NCBI RefSeq assembly: GCF_004010195.1
Contig: NC_057726.1
Location: 61,896,335 to 61,960,334, forward strand
Source of the DNA: Chiloscyllium plagiosum
Taxonomy: Eukaryota
Reading direction: 5' to 3'
Length of the DNA: 64,000 nt
Under the pieces are notes generated by a model. The model saw nothing but the letters and a program-made list of their open reading frames with translations. It made no database searches and was not told the origin of the DNA. Positions 50,163 to 62,197 of the stretch are shown in pieces (position 1 is the stretch's first letter; the number at the start of each line of letters is the position of its first letter). The translations under genes were made by a program, and so were the position numbers.

Positions 50163-50300
50163 CAAAATACTGCGAATGCTGGAAATCTGACTTAATATAA
50201 GTTTTGTTGAGAGAAACAGTTAACGTTTCGAATCTACTATAACTCTTCTTCAGATGTTGCCACAAATATATGGAGTTTCTCCAGGAATTTTCTGTTTTAA
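50163..50300. mobile_element. PLE-like element, family 3, with minus-strand hammerhead core
   Basis: Minus 50222-50253: CTGAAGA-A-GAGT-TATAGTAG-ATTC-GAAACGTT followed by aac. Confidence 0.7.
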
Positions 50301-51114
50301 ATTTGCAAAAAAAGTTACTTTTTTCCTTTAAGTTTTAACGTTTTTATTTAGAAGATATAATTGTGCACGTCTCATTAAAATTTTGGAAATCAGCTGGATA
50401 TTTTTAAGCATTTGAGGATATCAGTCATGCGGAACTTAAGAATTATTCTTTTGATTCCACATCAAGCTCAAGTGGGCAAAGGGTGTCTTAACTGAATGTC
50501 AGAATTCTGTTTCCTGTCCAGCTACAAACAGTTAGCTCAATAACTTCTCTAGTACAATTACGAAATTAGAAAGTTAAATATGAAGTCTGAGTGTCCTGTA
50601 GGTTGAGTTTATTCTAATTGTAGTCGAACAGCATAAAGCCAAAACTCCTTAAGTTTTACCCAGCACTAGCTTTGCTGTCAGGAATGTGACTTCATGTATA
50701 TACAGTATCAGGCACAAATCAAGCACCATTTGTTGTTTTTTTTTGTTGGTCTTCACCCAAACTTCTTTAATCTTTGGTAATATTTAACCTTTGAACCTGT
50801 CCTATGCATTACCATAGAATACCATTCTTTGTTTCTCTAAGTTGTTATTAAGTTAAAAAAAAACTATGGTTTGAACGAACAATATTGGGAAGCAGCCAAG
50901 TTTCTTTTTACTTACGTGGTTGCATTTCCTGTTATTTATCTGGAAAGACTTTATTACCTAGTTTTGCAAGTGATTTTTTTTAATCAAACGTCTTAAAGAA
51001 TAAAACATAGAACAAAACAGGATACAGGACAGCCACGACTGGGGGTAAAATATCCAGGGGAATCAGACTATTTGGAAGGACAGACAGGAAGATAAGGGAG
51101 GTGGTGTAGCTCTG

Positions 51115-54100
51115 ATAGAACATAGAACAATACAGCGCAGAACAGGCCCTTCAGCCCTTTTTGTTGCGCCGACTAGTGAACTAACCTAAGCCATTCCCCT
51201 ACACTAACCCATCATCATCCATGTGCTTAACCAAGGATTGTTTAAATCTTCCTAATGTGGCTGAGTTAACTACATTGGAAGGCAGGACTTTCCACGCCCT
51301 TACCAGTCCCTGAGTAAAGAACCTGCCTCTGACAGCTATCTTAAATCTATCACCCCTCAATTTATAGCTATGCCTCCTCGTACAAGCTGACGTCATCATC
51401 CTACGAAAGAGACTTCCACTGTCTGCCCCATCTTATCCTCTGGTCATCTTGTATGTCTTTACCAAATCCCCTCTTAGCCTTCTTCATTCCAATGAAAACA
51501 GACCCAAGTCTCTCAGCCTTTCCTCATAAGACCTTCCCTCCAGACCAGGAACATCCTGGTAAATATTCTCTGCACTTTTTCCAATGTTTCCACATCCTTC
51601 CGGTAATGGGGTGTCCAGAACTGTACATAATATTCCAAGTGTGGCCACACTAGCACTTTGTATAATGGCAGCATGAATTTACATATCCAGAACTCAATCC
51701 CTCTACCAATAAAACCTAACACACCATATGTCTTCTTAACAGCACTCTCAACCTGGGTGTTTCAGTGATATATGTACATGGATTCCAAGACCACTCAGCA
51801 AATCCAGATGACCAAGAATGTTTCCATTGACCCAGTACTCTGCCTTCCTGTCATTCTTCCCAAAGCGAATCACCTCGCATTTAGGTGCATTGAACTCCAT
51901 TTGCCACCTCTCAGCCCAATTTTGTAGTTTATCCAAGTCCCTTGCAACCTGCAACATTCTTCCACTGACTTTAGTGTCATCTGCAAACTTATGAACCCAT
52001 CCACCGATGCCTGCGTCTAAGTCATTTGTAAAAATGACAAGCAACAGTGATCCCAAAACAGATCCTTGTGGCACACCACTAGTAACCGGACTCCAGGATG
52101 AATATTTTCCATCAACCATCACTCACTGCCTTTGTACAAAAAGCAAGTTTCTAATCCAAGCTGCTAAATCACCCTTAATCCCATGCCTCTGCATTTTCTC
52201 CAACAGCCTATCATGTGGAATTTTATCAAAGGCCTTACTGAAGTCCATGTGCACCACGTTAACTGCTCTACCCTCATTCACATGTTTGGTCACCTTCTCA
52301 AAAAACTCAATGAGGTTTGTGCGACATGACCTGCCATTGACGAAACCATGTTGACTATCTGCAATCAAATTTTGCTTGCTCAATGATTATATGATGAAGA
52401 AATTCCATCTCTTATAATCCTTTCCAAAACGTTTCCTACAACAGACGTAAGGCTCACTGGTCTATAATTACCTGGGTCATTTCCACTGACCTTCTTGAAC
52501 AAGGGCACAACATTTTTAATCCTCCAGTCCTCTGGTACTAAACATGTAGACAATGATGACTCAAAGATCAAAGCCAAAGGCTCCAACATCTCCCTATCTT
52601 CCCGGAGACTCCTTGGATAAATCCCATCTGGCCCAAGGGACTTGTCTACTTTCACTCCTTCCAGAATTGATAACACTTCCTTACTAACCTTGATCCTTTC
52701 TTGTCTAATATGTCATATCTCATTCGTCTCCTCTACAATATTCTCCTTTTCCTGAGTGAAAACCAATGAGAAATACTTGTTTAGCACCTCTCCGATCTCC
52801 ACAGGGTCCAACACAACTTCTCCCTTCTGTATTTGACTGGCCCTTTTCCTACCCTAGTCATCCTTTTATTCCTCACAAACCTATAGAAAGCTTTTTGGTT
52901 CTCCTTTATTCTACCTGCTAAAGGCAGCTCATGTCCTCTCTCTGGTCTTCTTAACTCTCTCTTTAAATCCTTCCTCTCCATCGCCTCATCTGAACCATCT
53001 CGTCTCATTGTCACATAAGCATCATTCTTCCCCTTAACAAGAGATGTAATTTCTGTAGTAAATCACGTTTCCCTTAACTGATCACTTCGTCTTTGTTTGA
53101 CAGGGACATACCGATGAAGGACATGCAATATCTATTCCTTAAACCAGCTCCACATTTCGATTGTCCCCATCTCCTGCATTTTGCTACCCTATTCTATGCA
53201 TCCTACATCTTGCCTAATCGCATTGTAATTGCCCTTCCCCCACTGATAACTCTTGCCCTGTGGCAAGTACCTATCCCTTTCCATTGCTAAACCAAACGTA
53301 ACTGAATTATGCTCACTTTCTCCAAAGTGCTCACCTACCACTAAATCAACACATGACCTGGTTCATTACCAAGCACCAGATCCAGTGTGGCGTCTGTCTT
53401 GTTGGCCCTTTGACATACTTTGTCAGGAAACCTCCTGCACACATTGGACAAAAACTGATATATCCGATGTACTAGAGTTATAGCATTTCCAGCCAATTTG
53501 TGGAAGTTAAAATCCCCCATAATGACAACCCAGTTCCTTCCACTCCAACTCAGAATCGTTTTGCTGATCCTCTCCTCCACATCCCTGGAACTCTGTGGAG
53601 GCCTATTCCCAAAATTCCACCTCTCCTCTCTCGTTTCTACCCTCAGGCCATACTACCTCAGTAGACGAGTCCTCATCAAAAGTTATTTCAGCAAACGTTA
53701 TTCTGTCCTTGACCAACAAGGCCACACCTCCCCCTTTTATCCAGTCTTCTCTGTTCTGAATGAAAGATCTAAACCCTGGAAGCAGCAACATTCATTCCTG
53801 ACCCTGCTCTATCCATGTCTCCAAAATGGCCACAATATCGAAGTATCAGGTACCTATCCATGCTGCAAGCTCACCTACCTTATTTTGGAAACCTCTGGCG
53901 TTGAAGTAGAAACACTTCAAACCAGCTTGCTGTCTGCCAGAACATTCCTGTGGCTGTGAAATCCTGCTCATGTCCTCCCTACTCTCATGCTCCTGTGCAC
54001 TGGAACTACACCTCAGGTTTCCAACCCTCTGCTGAGCTAGTTTAAACCAACCCAAATAGCAGCAACAAATTTCCAACCAAGGATATTAGTATCCCTCTGG

Positions 54101-54830
54101 TTCAAGTGAAGACTGTCCTGTTTGTAGAGGTCCTACCTTCTCCAGAATATCAATGTATCAATTATCAATGTACCTGAAACCCTCCCTCCTGCACTATCCC
54201 TGCAGCCACGTGTGCAGGAGATATCTCTCCCTATTCATTACCTGGTTATCACGTGGCCCGGGAAACAAATCAAAGATACCAACTCTGTTTGTTCTAGCTC
54301 TCAGCTTCCACCCTAACTCGCTGAAATCCTGCCTTACATTCCTATCTCTCTTTCTACCTATGCGTGGACCACGACTCGGGCTGGTCACCCTCTCCCTTCA
54401 GGACCTCAAAGACACAACCTAAGACATTACAGGCCTGGCACCTGGGAGGCAACACATCTGCCGCGAGTCTCATTTGTTCCCAACAAACCTTCTATCTGAC
54501 TTTCTAACTATTGAGTGCCCAATAACTAGCGCTCTCCTCTTTTCCCTCATTCCCTTCTGTGCAACAGGGACAGATTCTGTGCCAGAGATCTGCACCCACT
54601 ACATGCCCTTGGTAAGTCATCCACTCCAACAGTATCCAAAATGGTATGCTTATTTTTCAGGGGAATGACCACAGGGGATCCCTCCACTGACTGTTTTTCC
54701 TCTTTCAAATAGTTACCCAGCTTTCTTCATGCCTAGGAGTAATTGATTCCCTGTAACTCACAGCCTCTGCCTCCCGAATAATCCGAAGTTTATCCAGCTC
54801 CCGCTCCAGTTCCCTAACGCAGTCGTGTTT
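51115..54830 (-). mobile_element. Near full-span CR1 LINE (ORF1 esterase, endonuclease, RT, 3' UTR), frameshifted
   Basis: CCLPGA ORF1 motif at about 54435-54460; CFYFNARGFQNKVGEL; VVIMGDFNF; GNYRPVSLTSVVG; QHGFVNGRSCRTNL; GVPQGSVLG; KFADDTK; tail atagaacatagaac. Confidence 0.95.
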
Positions 54831-55199
54831 CTTTATCATTCTCAGATATGGCTCACATGATCAGAAATAATTAGACACAGGTCAGTGACGCATCAAAGTT
54901 TATGCAACAGTTTGCTGATTTTAGATGGGGCCAAAATTTACATTTGTCTAAGTTTAAACTACTTGAAAAAGTGAAGGGCTTAGCCTTTTTCACAAATGAT
55001 TATATTAGAACTACAAAAACACTAGTTAATACAAATGATACCATGTAATGCTGACATCAAATCTCTTATTTAGTGATTTGCTGGCACACATGGTACTGGT
55101 AATTAGATATTAAGCACACAAATTACGTCAGATACTTACAAGATGCAACTACAATCAGATAGAGTACACCAAATATAAATAACCTTTATCTGAAACTTG

Positions 55200-56330
55200 T
55201 TCTGTTTGAAATTAACAAAATCTCTGAGGAGTAAGATTAATTAACTGGGCACAACAAATTCAATAGGAATAGAATACGTGTGACCCAGATAACTTGGAAT
55301 CAGAGATTGGCAGACAGAACTATAACTGAACACTGAGATGTTTTTGAAGAGAAACGAAGTCAGGCATATTCATGGTACATTATGAGACAATGGGAAAGTA
55401 GGAAAAGCAATTCCAGAGCTCCCTGAGTGATAAAATATGTAGAGATCAAACGAAGAAAATCCGTATTTATGAAAGAAGTGGTGTGGATGAATTAACTGAG
55501 AACACCCAGACACAGCATAGAAACCTTAGAGGAGAATTGGAAGTAAAAAATCAAATACCAGATGTAAAAGGATGGGTGTGAGAAGAAAATTGTAGCTAAC
55601 ATAAATGAGATAGTGAAATACTGCTAAAAAGAGGAGTGAGGCTGATTAAGGGTGAAAGGGTGAATTGATACATGGAGAAAGGGGGCATGCCTGAGTAATT
55701 GCATGGACACTTTCTTTCCTCCTGTACCAAGGAAGTAAGATACTGTGCAGTCCATTGCGAGAAAGCAAGTGTTTTCGATTCGTGAATGGTTTAACATCGA
55801 AAAGAAGAAGATATTGGATAGGATGCCAATACCTGCGGTTTATAGGCACCAGTAATGAAGGCGATGCATCCAATGATACTCAAAAAAAGTGTGCAGGTGT
55901 GGGGCGTTGTGTGGTGTCTTGTGCAGAGCTTCAAGATAATGAGGACTCCAGATGCTGTCGAGTCGAAGTTAATAAAGTGTCGCTCTGAAAAGATCAAAAC
56001 AGGTTAGACAGCAGAACTCTTGAGAGGTCCGGCTCGAAAAGTCGATTCTCTTGCTCCTCGCACGGTGCCTGACCTACTGTACTTTTTCCAGTGCCACTAT
56101 TCTGATGGACAGTCCATACACATAATTATATGTCACCCTTCTGGTCATCTGCGAAAAGTTATAGCAATTATTGCTATGGCAGAGTGTGGGATACGGGTTG
56201 ATTGACATGCAGGGATGTGGAGCTAAGGACAAAAACAGATCAACCATGCTCTTTTTGAATGTTAGAGCATTTTGGAGTAGAGAAACGAGATAACCTTGCT
56301 TCAAAATCCTGTATCCTTATGCTTCATGAT
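55200..56330 (+). mobile_element. Very decayed CR1 remnants with a family-1 PLE-like insert (about 55935-56105)
   Basis: tgaggactccagatgctg...ggctcgaaaagtcgattctcttgctcc...gcctgacctactgtactttttccag within LINE-like sequence. Confidence 0.5.
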
Positions 56331-57412
56331 AGTGTTCATTGCTCTGCTTAACCTGGCACAAATCTGGCTCTATAAAAAGGATTTGAACTGGTACTGGAGG
56401 ATTATTTTAAGTTGTGTAATCAGAAGAATGCATAGAAGCATCGATGAGTGGTCCACAAAATTATGACTCCCACAAATAGAACATCCATATTTATCATCAA
56501 TCAATCGATCAATAATATCACCATGCCATTACGTGGTCTCGATCTTCATGCTGCTACACCTGATCAGCGCGTTGAGGGAGTAAATATCACTCAAGGCATT
56601 CATGATGGCAAAAAGAAAGCATGTTGAGGTGAACAAATAAAAACATGCAATGCCACAGATGAAATAGAGGCAAACTGTGAGACACTGGCTGTGTTTAGCT
56701 CTTCACTTCTGGCTGCTCCTACGTTGCACTTCATTGAAACTGGAGTGATGTGGATACAAGTCACTGGTTTTGCTCCAGAGCACTATGTTCCCATAATGGA
56801 TTAAGCTTGTTACACAACATGTGAGGAAAATGGCATAGGCTGTATCACCTGCATCTGTTTATGATGCCGTCTTGGTAATAATTGCAGGAATCATTGAGTG
56901 TTTCACATTAAGAAGGCTGAGGGTTGCCACCAACCCTGGATATGCCACGAGCAGAGCCCCAGTGCCTTCAGACATTGAATTCTTGGTTGCTTCATGGCTA
57001 ACTGTGCACCCAGTTGAAATGGAATAAATTACTACCTTGCAGCAGGTTATTCGTCTTTGAGCAATTCTGCCAAATTAGTATTCAATGCTGCTCAAGGTTC
57101 GTGTCATGCGATGACCTGTAATGAGGACATTCTGCATGTAAACAGTGAGCTGCTACACGTACAAGGTCACCACGGTAGCAAAACAGGAGGTTATACGTTC
57201 ATGAGCTGGAGACGTGGTGACAATCCTGTCATGGTTAGGTACCTCATTGGAGTGAATTGCCTTCAGAAAATTCAAAAGATGTTGACATACTTTATGGTCT
57301 TTCTCCAAGCACCTAATCACTGATGGCTGCTGAAGCTCAGCTTCTGTGGGGAGCAAAACGTTTGAAGCAGAGGTGAAGAGCGATCTGTTCCAAGCCAATA
57401 AAGTAAACAACT

Positions 57413-60400
57413 TGTGAGGTCTTATTTTTTTAAGTTGAAATAATAGAAGCAACATGAAGGTGTGGGGTCAAGCTCAAATAGAACCAGGATTTTACTTTAA
57501 CTTTCAGTAGCTGTTGGCATTTAGAAACTACCAACATCTCTCCCTGCTAAAGCAAAACATTTGAATTCTTTCTGTCTTTCAGGGGTTTCTCTTGTTCTTT
57601 CCTCATGGACTTCAGAATTGCATGTGATACAATCTGTTTTACTGAATTTGCCTTTACCAAGGGCGTATTTATGAGATGCTACTGTATTGGAAACATTGCT
57701 GTTTGGTAATTAAATAATCTATTATTCTGCGGAGTTTCCAATTAGCATTCAGTTATTATAATTCTTCTTTATTTTGTTTTAGTTTTAACCAGAACAGAAG
57801 AATAAAATATGTTTTGCTTCCAGCCGGGTTTTTGGACCAATCAAATTGCATCCAATGCACAACACCTTATATTTGCTTTTAAAAATTAAAAAAAATGGGA
57901 TCTAAACTATCTTCTTAATATTTTTTGAGGTGATTTGGGCTGTTACCTAACAAATTGGGGAGTTTTGTACGGGATCAAAATCTTTAATTCCAGTTTGGGT
58001 TTAGTATATTGGACTCAAAGACAGTGAGTGTTGGTGTTTTCTTTTCGGGTGTTGCATTCAGTTGGTTTAAGCAGGGCAAGACTTGTACATAAATTGCTCT
58101 TTCAGTCACCATGAGTATCGTGGGGGTGGAAGTAATCACTTTGGGAGGTTTACAGAAAGTGAGCAAGGTAAAAGCTTTTGGAATTGGCAGACAAGCTGGA
58201 GTTGAGGTTGCATTTGTGCAATAAGTGGAGGTAATTGCAGCAATAGCTCGACATTTATGATTGCTGAAAATGCTGTGAGAATCTTTGGAAATGGCTAAAA
58301 TTCAATTGGAAATGAAACAGTTTCAATTAGAGGTAAAAGAAAAGGAAAGGGAAAGGGATATGAAAAAAATGAACTATGATGTAGAGTAGAAGCAAATCAG
58401 AAAGACAAAATAGCTCTAATAGAGGGAGAAGAAAATGCAAGGAAAACTCTATTATAACAAATGGAGAATGAGAGTTTTTGAACTTTGGAGGTTGGAACTG
58501 AAAACTCAAAGTCCGCTTAAAATGATGAAGGCAGTGGTGAAATTGAGGACCAATTATGCTGACAGTAATGGACAGCAATCCCACTGTAGGCAAAGGTCTG
58601 TTTAAATATGTTCGAACATAGCCAAGTATTGCTGAAGTGTGTCAAGAGGATATAGAAGTATTTTCCATTTCATTTGAGAAAGTGGCTAAACAAATAAAAT
58701 AGCTGGTGACCAGAGGGGTATTGTTGATCCAAGCAAGGTTGGCAGGCAGAGCCAGTGAGGTGTTTGCAACAATATCGGCGGACATATCTGGGAGTATGAC
58801 GAGGTGAAAAAAAAGCCATCTTAAGTGCATATGAGCTAGCGCCAGCAACCTACACACAACGTTTTAGGAATCTGAGGAAGGAACCTCGTCAGATGTATAT
58901 AGAGTTTGAAAGGTTCAAACAACATAACTTTGACAGATGGATAAAGTTTGGTAAATTTGCGGATAACACTAAGATTGGTGGAGTTGTGCATGTTGCTGAA
59001 GGATGTTGCAGGTTAGATAGGTACATAACTAAGCTGCAAAGCTGGGCTGAGAGGTGGCAAATGGAGTTTAATGAAGGAAAGTGTGAGGAGATTCACTTTG
59101 GAATTAGCAACAGGAATAAAGAGTACTGGGCTAATAGAAAGATTCTTGGTAGTGTTGAAGAACAGACAGATCTTGGTGTCCATGTGAATAGATCCTTGTA
59201 AGTTGCCACCCATGTTGATAGGGTTGTTGAGAAGGCAGATGGTGTATTAGCCTTTATTGGTAGAGGGACTGCATTTCAGAGCCACGCGGTCATGCTGCAT
59301 CTGTACGAAACTCTGATGTGGCCACACTTGGAGTTTTGCATACATTTCTGGTCACCACATTGTAGGAAGAATGTGGAAGCTTTGGAAAAGGTTCAGAGGA
59401 GATATAATAGGACGTTGCCTTGCATGGAGGGAAGGTCTTATGAGGAAAGACTGAGGAACTTGAGGCTGTTTTCTTTCACAAGACGAAGGGTGAGAGGTGA
59501 CATAATTGAGACATATACAATCATCAGAAGTTTAGATAGGTGGACAGTGGGAGCCCTTATCGTTGGATGGTGATGGCTAGCATGAGGGGACACAGCTATA
59601 AATTGAGAGGTGGACAGATATAGGACAGATGTCAGAGGTAGTTTCTTTATTCAGAGAATAGTGGAGGCATGGAACGCAAGACTCGCCGACTTTAAGGGCC
59701 TTTAAATGGTCATTGGATAAACATATGTATGAAAATGGAATAGTGTAGGATAGTAAGCTTCAGATTGGTTTCATAGGTCTGCACAACATCGAGGGCAGAA
59801 GGGCCTGTACTGCACAATAATGTTCTGTGTTCGATGTTGGACGTGGATTTCATTGAAGATAGTTTATCATTGGGTTAAAAAGGAAGCCCATGATAGGAAA
59901 AGAGAAGTAAAAAAGCGAAGGTCACTTTAAAAAAAAGGTAGGCCACATGAAGTTGCAGTGCTGGTGGTTTAGGAAAAGTGTTGGGAAGACAGATGTAGGA
60001 AAACCAGGCAAGCCAATTAGTTTTGTTGAAGTGGTAAATGAAAGTATAGTGGAAGCTAAAATGCTGCAAAAAGTACAATCGGATCAGGAATTGGTTGAAA
60101 CGATAGCTGCAGGTCTCTTTAACAAAGTTACTAACGTGGGTAAGGTTTATTCATTTGCGCCAGGAAGAGCAGGTAAAGAAATTAAGATTTTAAGAGATAC
60201 ACTGTGATGCAATCTTTGATAGTGAGAGAGAAGAGATATGTAATATAGAATAAGTTTTGCCAGAAAAAGTGGTAATATATGGCATTCATGGTGAGCAGAA
60301 CGGTTTCCATTATGTAAAATCAAGTTGCAGAGTCCGCTGAAAAGTGGTGAAGTGGTAGTAAGAAATTCTCTGTTCTGCAAATACAGCTTATATCATAATA

Positions 60401-61142
60401 TCATAATATAACTGCGTCACAATTGGAGAAGTTGCCTACTGTGGTTGAAAAGCCAGTGGAAAATCAAGAAAACTAAGATATTACAGGAAGGAAATCCCAG
60501 GAGTTTTCCTGACTATATAGTAACAAGGTCACAAAGCTATAGATGGAAACAGGAGGTGAAAACAAGAATAAAGATAAGGAAGTTGAAGTTCAATTATCTG
60601 AAACCTTGTTTGATCAAATGGTTGAGAAATAAACATGAATGGGGAGATTACAAAGTGGATATTTTTATTTCAGAGAAATTAGCTGAATTACAACAGAAAA
60701 AAAAGAAAACTAAAGTAGTTGTATCAAAAAACATACACCGAAGAAGAATCTGATTGTATTCCAGAATGTTACTATTTTTAAAAAATGAAGTCTTAATGAG
60801 CTAGATGAAAAATGGGCAGATGTTCTTCAAGTTGTGTTACTGGTGGGTGATAGAAAGGAGGTGTTGCAGGTCTCAGATGAATTACTGGCAGGAGGTCATT
60901 TAGAGGTCAAAAAAACTTAAACCAAAATATAAAAACATTTTTGTTAGCCTGAAGTGCATAAGGATGTGGCTGACTTTTGCTGAACATGTCATATGTATCT
61001 AGCAATTGATAAACCTCAGGGAGTGATAAATTCAACATCAGTAAATTAATTGCATAGGACCCCTATATAAAACAGATGGAAATCAGTATTTGTTGAACAA
61101 AATGCCATATGTCTCTCCATGCAAAATTATTGGATTCTCTCT
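57413..61142 (+). mobile_element. Gmr1-like Ty3/Gypsy LTR retrotransposon (5' LTR, PBS, gag, protease, integrase), decayed
   Basis: LTR 57413-57952 (tgt...taaca), then ttggggagttttgtacgggat resembling a tRNA-Pro PBS. Gag FEKVAKQ...AILSAYELAPATYTQRFRNLRK; knuckle remnant KVGHMKLQCW; protease IKILRDT; integrase GGHLEVKKT...FC*TCH and NCIGPL...GNQYLL immediately after the protease region. Confidence 0.85.
58943..59835 (+). mobile_element. 5'-truncated CR1 inserted in gag
   Basis: KFADNTKIGG...WQMEFNEGKC; LEKVQRR; GDIIETY; tail gaagggcctgtactgc...tgttctgtgttc. Confidence 0.92.
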
Positions 61143-61273
61143 NNNNNNNNNNNNNNNNNNNNNNNNNNNNNNNNNNNNNNNNNNNNNNNNNNNNNNNNNN
61201 NNNNNNNNNNNNNNNNNNNNNNNNNNNNNNNNNNNNNNNNNNNNNNNNNNNNNNNNNNNNNNNNNNNNNNNNN
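61143..61273. other. Assembly gap (131 N)
   Basis: Run of n. Confidence 0.99.
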
Positions 61274-61554
61274 GAAATGTTACTATGAAATGTTAGTATG
61301 ATGAACAGTTGCTGTTTAGTAATTAAATGATCCATTATTCTGTTAAGCTTTTCAATGGAGTTAAGTGATTCTAATTCTTTTTATTTCGTTTATATTTTAA
61401 ATATAGGGTTTGAATAAATGTGTTTGATCAAATTTGATCAAATAAAATGCGTCCAGAACACAATGCCTTACATTTGCCTTCAAAAATAATAAAAGGTTGG
61501 GATCAAGGCTATCATCTTAATATCTTTTAAGGAGGCTTGTTCTGGTCCATAACA
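61274..61554 (+). mobile_element. 3' part of an LTR of the same family as 57413-57952
   Basis: Colinear with 57670-57952 (ttgctgttt.gtaattaaat.atc.attattctg; cctta.atttgc.tt.aaaaat; tcttaatat.ttt...taaca). Confidence 0.75.
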
Positions 61555-62079
61555 GTGTGCTGGACAGATGCGATGCAGCATTCACAGCCTCCTCCCCTGA
61601 ATGGTTGCACTGGTGTTGATCCCCTCTGGTTTTCCGCCATAGGCGGAAGTCCTTTACTGGCATCCCGAGCTCACCCGTATTCCTGCAATTCCGTGTTTCA
61701 TGTGGGCATCACTGAAAAGACAAATGAGAAAGGTATATGTCCACAATTGTTGCAGCTGTTTAAATGTTGAGCGATCCACATTTGGTTCACCCTTTGTAGT
61801 AACCTGAAATACTGTGATATTAGCCAACCTCCATCGCCCAATTCTGTATTTGTGTTATCATTGTCAAAATAGGCACAAAATATCCTATTCATCCCCACTC
61901 CTTTTCTTTTTGGGCTCTATTCTGCAGCAACCCAGAATGTGGCACGCAGAGCACATAATCCTGCATCACGTGTAATGCCCGTTAAGTTGCAATTAAATAA
62001 AGATACCAAGCAGAGAACATGATCATTGGCACATTAGTTCTACACGCAAATGTTGTTTTATTAAGGTTTACAAAGAAAA

Positions 62080-62197
62080 AGAGTAAAGAAAATTTACAGC
62101 CCAGGAACAGACCCTTCGGCCCTCTAAGCCTGAGCCGATTCAAATCCACTGTCTAAGCCTATCACCCAATTCTTAAGCATCTGTATCCCTTTGCTCT
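62080..62197 (-). mobile_element. CR1 3' end fragment
   Basis: caggaacagacccttcggccctctaagcctgagccg. Confidence 0.7.

Noticed and set aside
50522-50580. Cytoplasmic exon of the pseudogene
   Set aside because: Good acceptor, but ATNS* stops at once and there is no similarity to the gene 1 tail.
56530-57412. Long, mostly open minus frame resembling GPCR or transposase fragments
   Set aside because: Several stops and no convincing motif; more likely old transposon-derived sequence.
58893-59201. In-frame Gag-RT fusion ORF
   Set aside because: Accidental junction of a CR1 insertion into a dead gag.
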